From positions 70,432,001 through 70,496,000 of the forward strand of contig OZ241828.1 of the NCBI GenBank assembly GCA_965202585.1: 64,000 bases of DNA, written 5' to 3'. Origin of the DNA: Thalia democratica. Taxonomy: Eukaryota. Below, one piece after another: positions 12,211-25,900 of this stretch. The notes beneath the pieces were generated by a model. That model saw only the letters and a program-made list of their open reading frames with translations, was not told where the DNA came from and searched no databases. The first letter of the stretch is position 1. The number at the start of each line of letters is the position of its first letter. The position numbers and the translations under genes are program-made.

Positions 12211-15200
12211 TCAACAGAACTAGGTGCCTGAACAGATTACATTATGCAATAACCAGCATTCGCGTGTCAAGCAATGCAAAAATTTTTCGGCATTTACCTT
12301 GTCGCCACACCTGAAGGCGGTGTTCACGTTGAAAGCAACGGAGCTCAAGTCGGCTGCACAGTCCACAATCATCAAATGACGGTGAAAATAACTTCAACTT
12401 ACCCGTTGACAGCCGAAGCCAAAAGTCTTTGTTGCAATCTGAACTGGTCATTAAGACGTGCGTCGGTAAACTTTGATTTCTTCGGACATTGACTCAGACT
12501 GAGGACCGCAGCTCGAACAAAACTTGCGGTCGCGGTTTAGGCTTACCTCAATGTTAATATGGGGAAATGACACACTAAAAAATCGGTTTCTCCCGCTAAA
12601 ACTGAGTTATTGAGTAATGTTGTGTTAGGTGCATAGAAGGTTTCGCAAGCTAGCCTTATTTACAGTATTTCTTGTTAAGAACTATTAATATAAAGTGTTT
12701 ACAAATCACATCACTGAAAGTTGTTACTTTGACATTTATATTGAGGCTGAACTTTTTTTTGTCTCTTCATTTTCAAAACACTTTTAGTGTAAAAACTGAG
12801 CAAGTATCGGTGTAAATGTTGGATGTTTGTTTCGCCCAATAAAATATCAAAAAAAGTTTTACTTTCAGCAAAACATATTCAGAAGAGCACAGTTTAGCGA
12901 TTGCTAAGCGAGTGCGCTTTTCATTTGAAACCTGAACTTTTAAAGTTTCAACGTAAGTGTGTTTTACTATTGTTGAATAAGCGCATTTTGTTTTTGCGAG
13001 AGTTTTAAAATTTTCTTTGTGTACATAGCTTCAATTTTTATAATCGTGTCTTTTGATATTACGACAAACAAGAGCTAGTAAAGGTTTGCAAGAATTTAAA
13101 TTAGGCTAGTTTGTCAAAGTGATTTAGTTTAACGAACCACTCATTACATTTGATGGTTCGTTTTATTTATCATTTCAGAAGAGTTAAAGTTAAAGAATTT
13201 CAATGTTTTATGCGACGTCACGATTCGTAACGAGAATAGAAAATGAGAAGAAGAAACGTAAAGTAAATTTGAGAGAGTAAGTTTAAAAGTTGTCGCGCAA
13301 ACACTAAGGAGATTGTTGATGGGAGAGACGCGAGTCAGGATTATTACTGAAGGGGGAGACGCTAGACTTTGAGAGAACGCAAACAACAATGTCTTATCGA
13401 TAGTATAGCGAAGCGTAAGAAGAACATTCACAAAGGAATTTGTCGTTTTAAAGTGTAGATAGAAAACTTTATCGCCGAGTCTATTTTCTGTCCATATCAA
13501 GAAAATGTTTAGCAGTTAGTATATGTGCCTACTGGGCTATTTAGAAGTCATTGGTAGTACTTTTGTTATAGTTTATTTTATTTCACTTATTTCACAATGT
13601 GTTTATTAAACTTGTATATAAATCAAGTGCCCTAATAATTAGTTTTTTAGCATCATTGTTTTTATAAGTAACTAGTATACTAAAATAGGCCGGCATGTCA
13701 TCTGAACCTCTGTAATACTTTAAATAACCGTTATTAATAATCTTATTCAAGCTTTATCAGTAACAAATTCCAACCAATCAGTCGAACTATTGATGACGAT
13801 TACACTAGATTGTATTGTATTTGAAAATATTAACTTTAAGTCCATTCAATAAACTTAAAAAACTTTATCTTCACTCCTGAACAATCATTGTTGCTAAATT
13901 CAGGCAGTGATTCGTTAGTAAAAGTAAAATGGATGTGTTTTAGAATCTAAACACTGTATTTTGAACGAGGAGACATCTTTTAATTTGTTTAAACACTAAA
14001 ACGAAACGGGTAACTCGTTTACCCTTAGCGAGCCAAAATCTACTGACAACTGACATTTATCTGGGCTAGACAAAATGTTACTGTTTATATAAGTTATATT
14101 TTCAAGAATACTTATAGCCTGTAACGTGTTTTTAGTCAAAAAACCAACATATGTAGAAGGTGCAAGTTTAAGCTTTTTTTTTTTTTGCTAATATGGTTTA
14201 TATATGCTTGTTAATTAGTGCTGTAGTTTTATTTTTATTATTCAATAACTAAGTCTAATCGTTCTCTGTTATCTGTAAATACATTTTATTAAATTAATTA
14301 AAAAAAAAAAAACTTTTGGTGTTCTTCTTTTTGATAAGGTAAAGTTCAGTTCATCATTGAGATAAAGTTTTTTTATTGAAGTGATTATTTATTTTAATTC
14401 TTTAAATACGTTTTGTTAAAATCAATTAGTTTTGCAGATAAAAAGTTTAAATTAATTTTAGTTTAAATAAAGATGTAATAATTTATTTTTTAGGTATTAG
14501 CTTATATAAACTTTTTTTTTAATTTAGCTCAGGTGTATGTAGTCTTTTTGTTTTCAATTTAATTCACTAGGTAACTCAGGCTGCTAGTTGTTTTTACAAT
14601 TTTTTTTATATCTTAAACAATGTTCTAACAACCAGTATTCTGTTTTACCACAGATCTCTTTATTTGTAAAGATAAAAATAAGCATATAGAAAGTGATAGC
14701 ATTTTATAAGTTCAAAATAGTTATTTTTTCGATATTTATAGTTTTGATATTTTCAAAACTCTTTTTTTAAGTTCTTTTGAGTTCACATTTTATTAAGAAA
14801 AAATGTGGACCTGAAAAAATTATTTGTTGAAAGGCACGAAAACAATTTTTCAAGACAAATCTGATCTGTTTGTAACGAACAGTTTCTGAGCCTTGGCTCA
14901 CAGCAAAAAAAAAACTTAAACTATGATATAGTCAAAATTTGACTGGATCCCGACTGTACTTTACCCATCTGAAATCTTAACTGAAACCTTGCATTTAAAT
15001 AATTTCTGATATAACGAATTTCCGACATTTAGTAGTAAATGCTAAATAACTTATTTAAGTTCCACAATATACTTAAATTTTCTTTCATGTAAAGTATATT
15101 GTTTAAATTCTATATCAATTTATTGTTTTAATTGTTTTTGTCCTGAAAAAAATTGATGAAATATATTAGAAAAGAAATAATTAGTTATATTTCTTCAGTA

Positions 15201-15529
15201 AAATCTCTATTTTGTTTATAAAATATAGTAGATTTTACTGAATAAGTATTTTGTCTTAATTTCGTTTAATTTTTTGAAATCATTAATTACGTTTTCATCG
15301 AGTTTTTTTATGTTTCTTTTCACGATTATTTTTACAGTATGCTTAACCATAACTTTTTTATTATTAAAAAGAAAATAAAGCAATAATTTTTTTTCAAAAG
15401 ATAGACGAGTATTTATCTCGGCAATCAAAAATCATAAGTAATGTATTTTGAACAGAATAAGAATTGACTAAAGAAAATAAAGACATACATTTTGACGTTT
15501 ATGTTTACAGTGTTTACAGTACGCTTAAC

Positions 15530-16080
15530 TACATTATTTTTTGTGTTGTTATTAAAAAAACGAAGCCATAACTATTTTTACAAAAAATAGATGAGTATCT
15601 ATCTCGGCCATTAAAAATCCTAAGTAATGTATTTTGAACAGAATAAATCTAATTATATAACAGAATTGGCTCAAAACCATTACGACACACATTTACTTAA
15701 TTACATCCTACGACTGTTCTGATTGACAGGTGAACAAGTATAACTGTCGCGTCCATAAATTAAATAGTCTTATTCACCTATTGACAAATAGGGATCGCCG
15801 TACGTCCATAGCAATGGTCTGTAGGAACGCAATGCTCCCGCAACTGACTGGGATGTAATGACGCGGCACTGCTACTTATTATCCCATTCTGTCATCCAGA
15901 ACGGTCGCCAGATGTGATTAAGTAAATATATGTCGTATTTGTCTTAAGCCAATTCTAATATTAAATTAAATTATTCTTATCAAAATATATTACTTAAGAT
16001 ATTTTATTAACTAAATAATTACTCGTCATTTAAAAAAAATATAGTTATTGTTAAATTTTATAACCAGACAAAAATAATAA
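15530..16080. repeat. Foldback arrangement of two copies of the 310-bp repeat family
   Basis: 15530-15730 and about 15890-16080 are imperfect inverted repeats (catttacttaa..acatcc / gatgtgattaagtaaat). A partial direct copy lies at 15340-15470. Confidence 0.6.
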
Positions 16081-17431
16081 TATATCTAAGCTTACTTTTA
16101 AAAATAATTGTTTTAAAGAAACATAAAAAACCACGATAAATACGTAATTAACGCCACACTTGAAAGAAGCCATGTACAAGTGCGGCCACTTACCCACTGG
16201 AAGCTGGTTGCAGAAACACATCAATGTTTGTTTTCATTGTAATAGTTTTGATATTGGTATTTAATTATCATTATTTGACAGAATTTTTTTAATGTCTAAC
16301 TCATAGTATTATGTAAAAATGTCTAGTATTTTTTTCTCTGCGATTGTAGAGTTTAAAAGTAAATTTGACCACTTTTTACTTGTTTTGTATTTTTTTAAAT
16401 TTCGTTAATAAAATTTTCGCTCACAACAACAAAGTTGCATTTAACATTGGTAATATAAAAACGTATAGTTAGACAAGCTAAATGATACTGACTTAATGTT
16501 TGTTTTATCCTTACCATTAAAGTGTTAATTATTAACTTTAATCTATTTTTCTGTGTATTTTTAAGTTTTTTTTAACATTGATGTAATTTTGTTTTTTTCT
16601 ACGTGTAATAAAATCGTACTTATTGAAACTAGTTTTAATTAAAAGACAAAAAAAAGGTAAACCATTTACCATTTCAAAACTATTTATGCTTTAGGAGTTT
16701 TCTGAAACTGAAAAAATAAGCTGGGAGAAGTTTGAAACGACAATAAAAGAATAATTTAAAGCGAAAAAAAGTTGACGCCAGTTTGATTGAAGCATTTATA
16801 AGGGTTAGACGTAATAGTTAGTTAATTCCTAACAAATATCTAAATTGTAATGATTTTCTAACTTGTTGCGTTAAATCGATTATACATACTAAGACTTAAT
16901 GCAAAGTTTAGTAACTTAATTTTGCTTTGTTTTTGTATGATACATATTAAGTTTTTGACACAGATTCCGATAATATTAAAGACAGTTATATATGAATGCG
17001 CATCAATTTTTAGAATTTGTCATATTAGCTGTACATTGGTTTAGTAAGTGGCTGTATAGAAAAAAATAAAAACCTTTACTTTTTATGTTATATTTATGTT
17101 ATACTTCAATAACATATAATACACAAATTCATCACTGTTCACAATTTAAAACTCCTTTATCAATCTAATTTTATTATAACGAGTATACTCACATTGTTTA
17201 ATTTACCGTTTTGAAACTGATTAACAATTACTACATACTATTTTCATGTTGACATTGTTAACAATATCAGGTATTAAAAGTATTTTTTATAAATCAAATT
17301 TGAAAATATTATTTCTATTTAGGATATATCACATGTCTGTAATGTTTAATAAAAACATTGTTCATTACTTTTATTTGTTCACAAAAACCCAGTGCAGCAC
17401 AATTTATTATTTGGCTAAAAAAATTTTAACA

Positions 17432-17704
17432 GCGAGGTATGTTTTATAACAAAGTCTGAAATATTCTAAGTGCATTTCGACCAACTTTACGACAAATAGC
17501 TTCCAATGCTTTCAGAAGCAATGAGACATGAGGTTTTAAAGAATTTGTCACGTGTGATAAGATGAGAAAAGTTCTGACCACTTTGGGGATGTATTCAATG
17601 AAGATGAGATCCAGGAGTTCCTGAAAGATGCGGATACGCTGAAGAAGGGAAACATACATTACCATGCGTTTAAACGAGTACTTATTGGTGATGAGACTTG
17701 GTAA
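17432..17704 (+). pseudogene. Calmodulin/myosin-light-chain-like EF-hand fragment
   Basis: Reads NAFRSNET*GFKEFVTCDKMRKVLTTLG/DVFNEDEIQEFLKDADTLKKGNIHYHAFKRVL, similar to the C-lobe pattern LRxxLTTxGDxFTDEEVxxxxxxAxxDKKGNxxYxxF. There is an in-frame TGA at 17529-17531 and a 1-nt frameshift in the G-run at 17585-17588. Confidence 0.6.
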
Positions 17705-19971
17705 AATTTTTAGCTTACAAAAATATTGAAAGAAAAGTTACTTAAATGTCTTGAATAAATTTGTAAAATTATATTTTTTTTATACAATAAGAAATTTATT
17801 TAAAACTTTATTTATCTTTTCTGCAACGTTTATAAAAGCTTTTACTGTTTTTTTGTTAAGTGTTTAATTGTTTTCATTGCGAAACACAAATACTTTAGAC
17901 GTACATTTACTACAGCATTTTAGATGAAAATTTAGCTTGTTGTGTTTTTTTAAATTATTGACAAATTTAAATGTATTTTTTTATCTAGTTTTAAATAAAT
18001 ACAAACTTTATTTTTATTAAACAGATTGCAACTTTATTAATCTTTTTTTAATATTCTCATGGATTGAACGAAAATCTTTTTTTTTGTTCGTTGTTTATCA
18101 ACTGTGAAATTTATTAAATGTAGTTGTAAAGATTAAATATTAAATTGGTTTTATTTATTTTTTTTTTGTTTATTTAAGGAAATTTCAAGAACAGAATTAT
18201 AACTTCTTAGTTTCTACTTAATAAGTTATCATAAATTTTTAATTTAAGTAAAAATACCTTTATAGGGTAGGAGTGTAATATGCACACAGGAAAATTTGTA
18301 CAAAGACACTTTTGCACGAAAGTTCAATTTTGCACAATGACATTTTTGCACAGGTTGAAAATAACTTATGTTTTATATCCATTACTTTATTATTTTTCTT
18401 AACGTTCTTTTTTACCTTATAAAATAACCAAATATATTTGTTTTACAATAAAGTTTGTATGTGAAGTCCGCCAATTAAAAACGTTGCCGACTTCTAGATT
18501 AAAAAATTCATTTAACTTCAATAGTGAATACTATTCGTATTTTATTTTGTCTTTTTATTTTCATAATATCGTTATTGTGTATTTTTATATTTAGTTTTGA
18601 AGGCTTATATTTTGTTTTTATGTTTTTCTGAAGCTATTTACACGATGAAACGTAGTATAGTCGATAAAGTTACACAAAACTCATTGTATTGTCTCAGTCT
18701 GTAATAGTTGATATCTCTAAATGCATTTAGTTTTATTTAGGTAAAATAAAGCCTCACCCTTAATAGCTCCAAAAAAAAAATATATATTTTACTTAACTTT
18801 AAAAGAAGTGAAGTTTTAATAAACTAATTAGAGTTAATAACAAATCATATTTAAATAATAAAAAATAAGTCGTACTATGTGAAGCCATACAATTTATGTA
18901 AGCAATACCTACATTATAGTCAATTAAACTAAATTTTCTAGACCTGAATGATTTTTAAGGTTATATTTTATAATATGGAACACAATACTAAACAAAAACG
19001 ATGAAATTTGTTTATATAAAATTTAGGTTTTTGGCTACAATTGGTATTGTTTATAAAATTATAAAACATTATTATTTTTTTTTACAACAACCTTCGTCGT
19101 ACTGATAACTTTTATAAATATCTAAAAGTATCCTTCGAACATCTACTTACTTAACAAATTAAAAAAAATTACTTCTGTAAAACCATTAGAGAAAGCTAAC
19201 AAAGTTTATAAAATAAATCTTATAGATGGTTTTCATAAAAGAAGACAAATTAAAGAAATGCAGTTTTGTTTCAATTAAACGTTAAAATAAGATTAATCAA
19301 ATTAATATTAGTGTATAAGGTAAGGATGTTGATACACTTAAATTATTGGTACAACTCATCATAATTAAATCTTACGTTATTTAACTATCTCATAAATACT
19401 AATTGCTACTTTACACAAATCAGACGAAACACTTTGAACAATGTGTTTATTATAGACAACAACTATAAAAAACTATTTTAAAATACTATTTCAGAAATAT
19501 AACTTCCTTTTATAAACCAAAAAAAAAAACTCAAGAATAATTCAAGTTTAAGTGGAAAATACTTTAAAAACTATAACTAATGTGACAAGTATAAAATGTT
19601 CAAAAAACTATAGAACAATAAATATTATCAAAATTATACTTCTTATACTTGAACCACAAAAATACTCTAATATATTTTGCAGTAGTTTTTACTAAATGAT
19701 AAAGGTTCAGTCTGTAGGTTTTATACAGCCACTCTATTATATTGATGATAAAATTTTCTAAGACACTTGTGTTCTGGACGACTGGTTTTCTGACACTCAG
19801 TCATCAAACATCCAGCATTTAAACAGTAGAAGAGCATATAAAAGGTGCATACCATAAAGAACGAAAAAATAATAGTTTATCAAACTTTATCAAAAAGGTC
19901 CACAGGGTTGTGTAGGTGAAAGTTTAAGACAAAGTTTAAAAAACAACCGCATAAAATAATTAAAAAAAGTT

Positions 19972-22900
19972 TTAAAACCCTAAAGTAGACGAACGTGGCT
20001 TCAGGTGTTGGTGCTGAGCTGAACCATTCTGCATTGAGGTTTGCAGTTGACTTGACTGGATTGGACCACCAGGAGTTTGCAATGGTTGATTTGGATTCGT
20101 GTTGTGATGGTGTTGTGGTAAGTAGCGTGTACTCATTGCATGGTTTTGTTGAACATTAAAACTTTGTGGAGTCGGCTGATATTTGTAGCTTAGTGCGCTT
20201 TGTTGAGCAATTAAGTTTGTCTGCTGCTGAGTTGTTGTGTTAAGGGGTAAGTGAGAATTTTGTTGAAGTGTATGAAAGTTCTGCACACCAGATTGAACCT
20301 GACTTGTTACAATCACGTTGCTTTGTTGTGATTGTGTAGGTTGAACTTGGTTGCTGTAAACAAAACCTTGTTTTGATGTTACATTTACACTTTGGTCGAA
20401 CCTATTGTTTTGCGGTGGCTGATAAATTCTCTGAGTTGCTTGATGTTGACTTTGTTGGTTGTTTTGGTTGTAACCTGGATACTGCATTCGTGGCTGCTGT
20501 AATCTATAAGAGTTAGTAATGTTTTTGTTAGTAGTTGTAGCAATATTTGGGCCTGATGCATAACTTTGCGTTGCCACTGTCGCGTAGGTTTGAGACATTG
20601 CTGGATTAAAATTTAGTCCTGATTGTTGCAATCCAGTTGGACTTGTGACGTGTTGGTTAGATGCATATCCATTTTGGTTCGTTATATAACCTGCGTTTGG
20701 TATTTGTTGCGGCTGGTATTTCGTCTGAGCTGATTGAGGTTGCCCTTGTTGGTAGTTATGGTTGTAGCGTGGTTGCTGTACTTTGTAAGAGTTCGGAATA
20801 GCTCGATTGATATTTAGGCTAGACGCGTAACTATGAGTTGCTTGTGACTGATAGCTTTGAGACACTGCTGGCTTTGAGCGTTGTGCCAATTGCTGCATTC
20901 CAGCTGGGTTTGTGACGTATTGGTTAGGTGTGTTTGGCGTATAACCAATGCGCTGGGTTTGTTGGTAATTAACCTGAGCTGATTGATATTGACCTTGCTG
21001 GTTATTTTGGTTAACTACTGGGCTTACATTACGTGGTTGTATTCCAAAAGGTCTTGGAAGTTGAACCTGTTGTACGCTTCTTTGGTACAAAACTTGAGCT
21101 CGGTTACCACCCCCTTGCATACCACTTGATGGTTGAACTGTTCGCATACCACTTTTGGAAGGTTTTACTGTGTCTTTTAGTGTTGGTGGAATTGGATAAC
21201 TTTGTTGGTTGCTAATTGATAAGTTTTGTGAGTTTCCAGTTGCTGAAGTATTTTGCTGGTTTACTCCACTGCTTGTTCCCGAGTTGAAACTGAAAAAAAT
21301 CATATGATTTGATATTTTGTTGATTTTTGTCTGACTTTGCTCGTAAACTTTACAGTAGTTTTATTAACTTTTACTTTATAAAATTGAAGATAAAAATAAC
21401 TACTCATAGTTTTGATCTTTGTGGATCTTATTTAAAAAACCTTTAAAAACCAAATTATATTAAAACCGTAATATTTCAAACATTTCTTCTATAAACTTTA
21501 TTTAAAATATGTAGAACTAAAATGTTTCAAAACGTTATATTATTTGTGATTATATTGCAAAATGATTAGTATTTTTTTAATTACTGTTATTTTAAACATG
21601 TCTTATAAGAACAAAATTTTTAAAAACAGCCCTGACATATTTTCTAGACATTGGTTTTAATTTTCCTATAGACAATCGTAATAAATTTATATAGGACTTA
21701 AATTAAACAATAAAAATACTAGATATTTTATTCGAAAATAAACAACTAAAATAACAAAGAAATTAGCAACTAAATATTTAAACATATATTATCTGACAGA
21801 AGATGCAAAAACTAGTTATCAGAAATTAAACATGACCACATGAATTTTACGTATAATGAACGTGTCAAAAAACCTTTGAAATTAAATAAATATATAAAAG
21901 AATTATTTTCTTATTAATAAAATTTATAACTACTTAAACAACACTACCTGATATTTTTGTCATTTTTTTCTTTAGTTCTTTGCCTCTTGTTTTTGAACCA
22001 ATTTGATATTTGTTTCCTTGTCATATTAGTTTTTTTCACTAACATTTCTTTTTGTTCTTTTGTTGGTGCATTTCCCTTATTTTCAAGGAAGTCCATCAAC
22101 ACCCTTTTGTCCTTTATCTATAAAAAGATATGTTGAGTTATTTAAATATTTAATATCCTAACTATTACTTACTTATCAGTAAAAACGTTAGTAAAAATAT
22201 GTAAACATACAGTTAGTAAAGTATAAACCTAAATTTTATTATAAAATATTTTTTTTTTTAAAGTCTAGAACTATTTATTAGTTAAACGCGTAGGCGGTCT
22301 GACTCTGTATCCAGTGTCATTCCGGCAGCTCCTGTGACAATGATGTTATTTATTCCCTGGTTTTGTGCTAGGAGAGTTTCACTCCAGCTTTCCATGTTTT
22401 TCGCGAAGACACAAAACGGAATGCAGCAGAAACTGGTGATAATTCAAAATCTATACATTAAGAGGATGTGGGTCAGGGGTCTTATTCGTTATAGATATTT
22501 TTAATTCCACTGAACAACCACGACCTGCCTTAAGCTAATCAGGCATCAGCCAACAATGTGTTGTTCCGCCATAGTTTATCTTCATTATTGGGTGAATGGG
22601 AAAAGTTTAAAGTGAAAAGGAAATTAAAAGTTGTTCACCTGACAAACATATACAAAAATAGAGACCAACTCTCAAACTAGTAAGCTGGAAAGAGCGGACC
22701 CCGAAGTCATAAGTGATGCAAGAAAAACTGATTCTATAAACAACAAACTTATTCGTTTAAGGTTGATATTGCAGCTCTTCAAGAAACGCACCTTTCTTAT
22801 CAAGGCTCAGCTAACTAAAAAAAATATACATTTTGTTGGTACTGTAGGTCTATTTTTGAACCTAGGAAAGGTGTAAGGTTTGCTGTCAAGAACATACTTT

Positions 22901-25900
22901 TACAACCTGTAGAAATTGGACTACTCTTCGTTCACATACAACAAGGAACATCGAGGCTTATTAGCGTATATGCACTCTGAAAAGTAAATAAAAGATACTT
23001 TTATGAAAAGTTTAATCTCGTGGTGAAAGAACTGCCCAAAAATGATCAAATTGTCACTTAATGTGATTTTAATGCAAAGGTTTGATCTGATCACGACTCT
23101 TGGACTCCCTGTCTAGGATATTTTGGATCGGAAAAATGAATTCAACGGTCAAAGCCTTCTATAGCTTTGACATAAGCAGAATCGCTGTGTGACCAAAACA
23201 TTTTATAAAACTAAATTCCAGCATAAAGTATCTTGGAGACACCCCTTTTTAAAAACAGTAACTAACTAGATGTTATCCTAGTGAGACGTTATCTTATTGA
23301 CAAAGTACTTCTAAAAAGATCGTTTTAAAGCTCAGATTGCAACAGCGACCATTCTTTGATCTGCTGTAAAATGCGCATGACAAAAAAAAGTTCATGCACA
23401 AGTTAAACAATTTTACTCGTAAATTTCGACTAAATGCTAGAGAAACTCATGATAAAAGAAATATTAAAAGGTTTTCAGCTTTGATGCCATTCGTCTCTTC
23501 GTCGGACACACCTACTTCTCAGTCCTGTTTTAGTATCCAAAAAAGTGTTTACTCGAATATCTTGAAATATTTTGAAAAAACAAACATACCAACAAATACT
23601 CGTTTGAAAAACATAAATGCGTTACTTTTCTATTAAAGATCAAGCGACGATAGTTGCACGAGTCAAAAGAGCTTGTTAAGCCAGATCTTGTTTTTGAAGA
23701 ACAGCTAGGAAATGCTCTATTAAGTATTTTCTAAAAGCAACTGCTCGTTTTTAAGATGCTTCGGAAAGAGAAAATACCAAAAATGTCTATAAGAGGAGAA
23801 GGAAAGCAGTTGACCAACAATAAAATTAACATCACCTTTGTTATTAATACTTAAAGAATCTTACACAGTAGGAATGAACTGTTGGGTAGACAGGTAGATA
23901 CTTTTCCCTTTTGTATTCTACACAGAATATTATGACTTATGATGCACTCAACATCATGGATAGTCTGTTAATGATGGACCAACTACTAAAGTTTTGGTAT
24001 GGTGGCTCCTAGGAGAGCACAAGGAATACCAGCGGACTTGTTCCAAAATTGTAAGAAACGCTTATTACCTAATATGCATGAAGTTTTATTCAAGTTTTGG
24101 AGGTAAAGTATGGTACCACAAGACATGTGTAATGCTAAGATCATAACCATATATAAGAACAAAGGTTTTACATCAGACTGCAACAATTACAGGAGATTTC
24201 TCTTCTTGTGATTGTTGTAAAGCGTTTGCTAGAGGAATTCTACCTCGACTCCAGAATCTGAAAGAGTATATCCTGAGTATCAATGTAGATTTAGGTCTAA
24301 ACGATCTACCACTGAATTGATGTTCCATGTACACCATTTACAAGAAAAATGTAACTAATAGGACATGCCTTTATATAATGCTTTTATTGACCTTACTAAA
24401 TTTTTGACCAAGTGAGTTGAGAGGGACTACTTGCTATACTGCTGTAGATTGGATGCCCTAATTCATTTACTGTGGTGAAGTATATTCACAAAAACACAAG
24501 GGCAACTCTTCCAACATGATGGTAGTGTTACTGATTCATTTGAAATCAAAAGTTTGGTAAAGAAAGCCTGCGTACTTGCTTAAATCTGTTTTTAATCTTC
24601 TTTTCAATGCTATTAAAGCATGCTTTTGGTTCTTAAAAATTGAAATTAAGCTACATACAAGACTTGGTAGACGACTTTCAATTGTTGCACGTCTAAGAGC
24701 AAAGGAAAATCTGAAGATTTTCTTAATACGTGATCTTCTCTTATTGATGGTGCTACACTCGTTGCTTACACTGTCAAAGACTTGCAGACACTACCGAGTC
24801 AGTTTTCAGCAACATGCTTGGATTCGACCTTGCTATAAATCTCAAGAAGACAAAAGTTCTAAGTCAAGAAACATATATTTTACCCTTAATTAAAATCAAT
24901 GGCATAGGATATCGAAGATGTAAAAAACTTTTTGTACTTTGGCAAAATCGTTACATCATCATAGTTACCCATCATTAGACACATAAATTAGTAGTCGTAT
25001 TAGTAAGGCCTTGGCATTTTCGCAAACTTTGAATGCAAACGTTTTGTATAATGAAAAGTGAAGTATTTGCATTTGTCGTTCCTGTGTATGCAGTACTCTG
25101 CTATACGGTAGTGAAACGTGGACGTTGTTTAGTTCGCAGAAGAATAAATTTACTACTTTCAATTACGATGCCTTCATCAAACCCTTAGAATTGTATGGAA
25201 ACCAACGATCACCAAGAGGAAGTGTTGAGACGTATTAGTTTTACCCGAATGTACTTACCGTCAGTAAGCGCAAGCTTCATTGGCTCAGTCATGTTCTGAA
25301 GATGTGTGCTAATCGAATTTCAAAGTTTCTGTTGTATGGCGAGTTAATCGTTCGCAAACGCAACCGAGGTCATCCGTAACTAAGTTTTAAGGACATATGC
25401 AAGCGCGACCTAAAAATCTGATGAGTTAGAGGTGCTTGCAAATGACCGCGCCAAATGGAGATATACTGTACACAAAAGACTGAAAGACAGAGAAAAAGAA
25501 TACTTTAAAAAACCGAAAAAGATGAAGATTAAGAAGTGAAAAAAAATATTTACTTAGTTTTTTTTTATTTATATTTGATCTATTTTTTTATTTTTTTTCA
25601 TTACTGTTTTTTTTTTTAATTTCTTATCATTATAAATTTCTATCTACTTGCACAGTTACGCATAACTGATTCCGGCTTATAGCGGGCCTTTATACATATA
25701 AACATCTAAAAAGTAATTACGATTGATTGAACAGAATTAAAGTAAAAAAATAAACTTATTATGATATTTCTTCTTTGTGTTTAATAATTATTATTTAAAA
25801 AAGGAGAACAATTACATAACTTAATTTTAGAAAAAAGTATATACAAAATTTATATATAACTTATAACAATTGTAAACCTTTAAACCGTAGTTAGTATCAT

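Noticed and set aside
12099-12492. Three overlapping ORFs of about 70 aa
   Set aside because: Expected by chance in a GC-rich patch within a repeat; no motif recognised.
13144-13500. 118-aa minus-strand ORF, and plus-strand AG/GT-bounded segments at about 12870-13280 (one with LCDVTI, BTB-like)
   Set aside because: No recognisable family, and the plus-strand frames hit stops. Could be non-coding exons, but this is unsupported.
14880-14960. TACAGTCGGGATCCAGTC (minus strand) as a Tc1/pogo terminus
   Set aside because: No matching second end was found.
19721-19855. 44-codon ORF with CLNAGCLMTECQK, resembling a TAZ zinc-finger knuckle (CRNANCSLPSCQK)
   Set aside because: It lies in the presumptive SIX 3' UTR with an in-frame stop just upstream and no usable acceptor. 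It has no other TAZ ligands and is 12 kb from HAT-A on the wrong side to be its C-terminal exon. Treated as chance.
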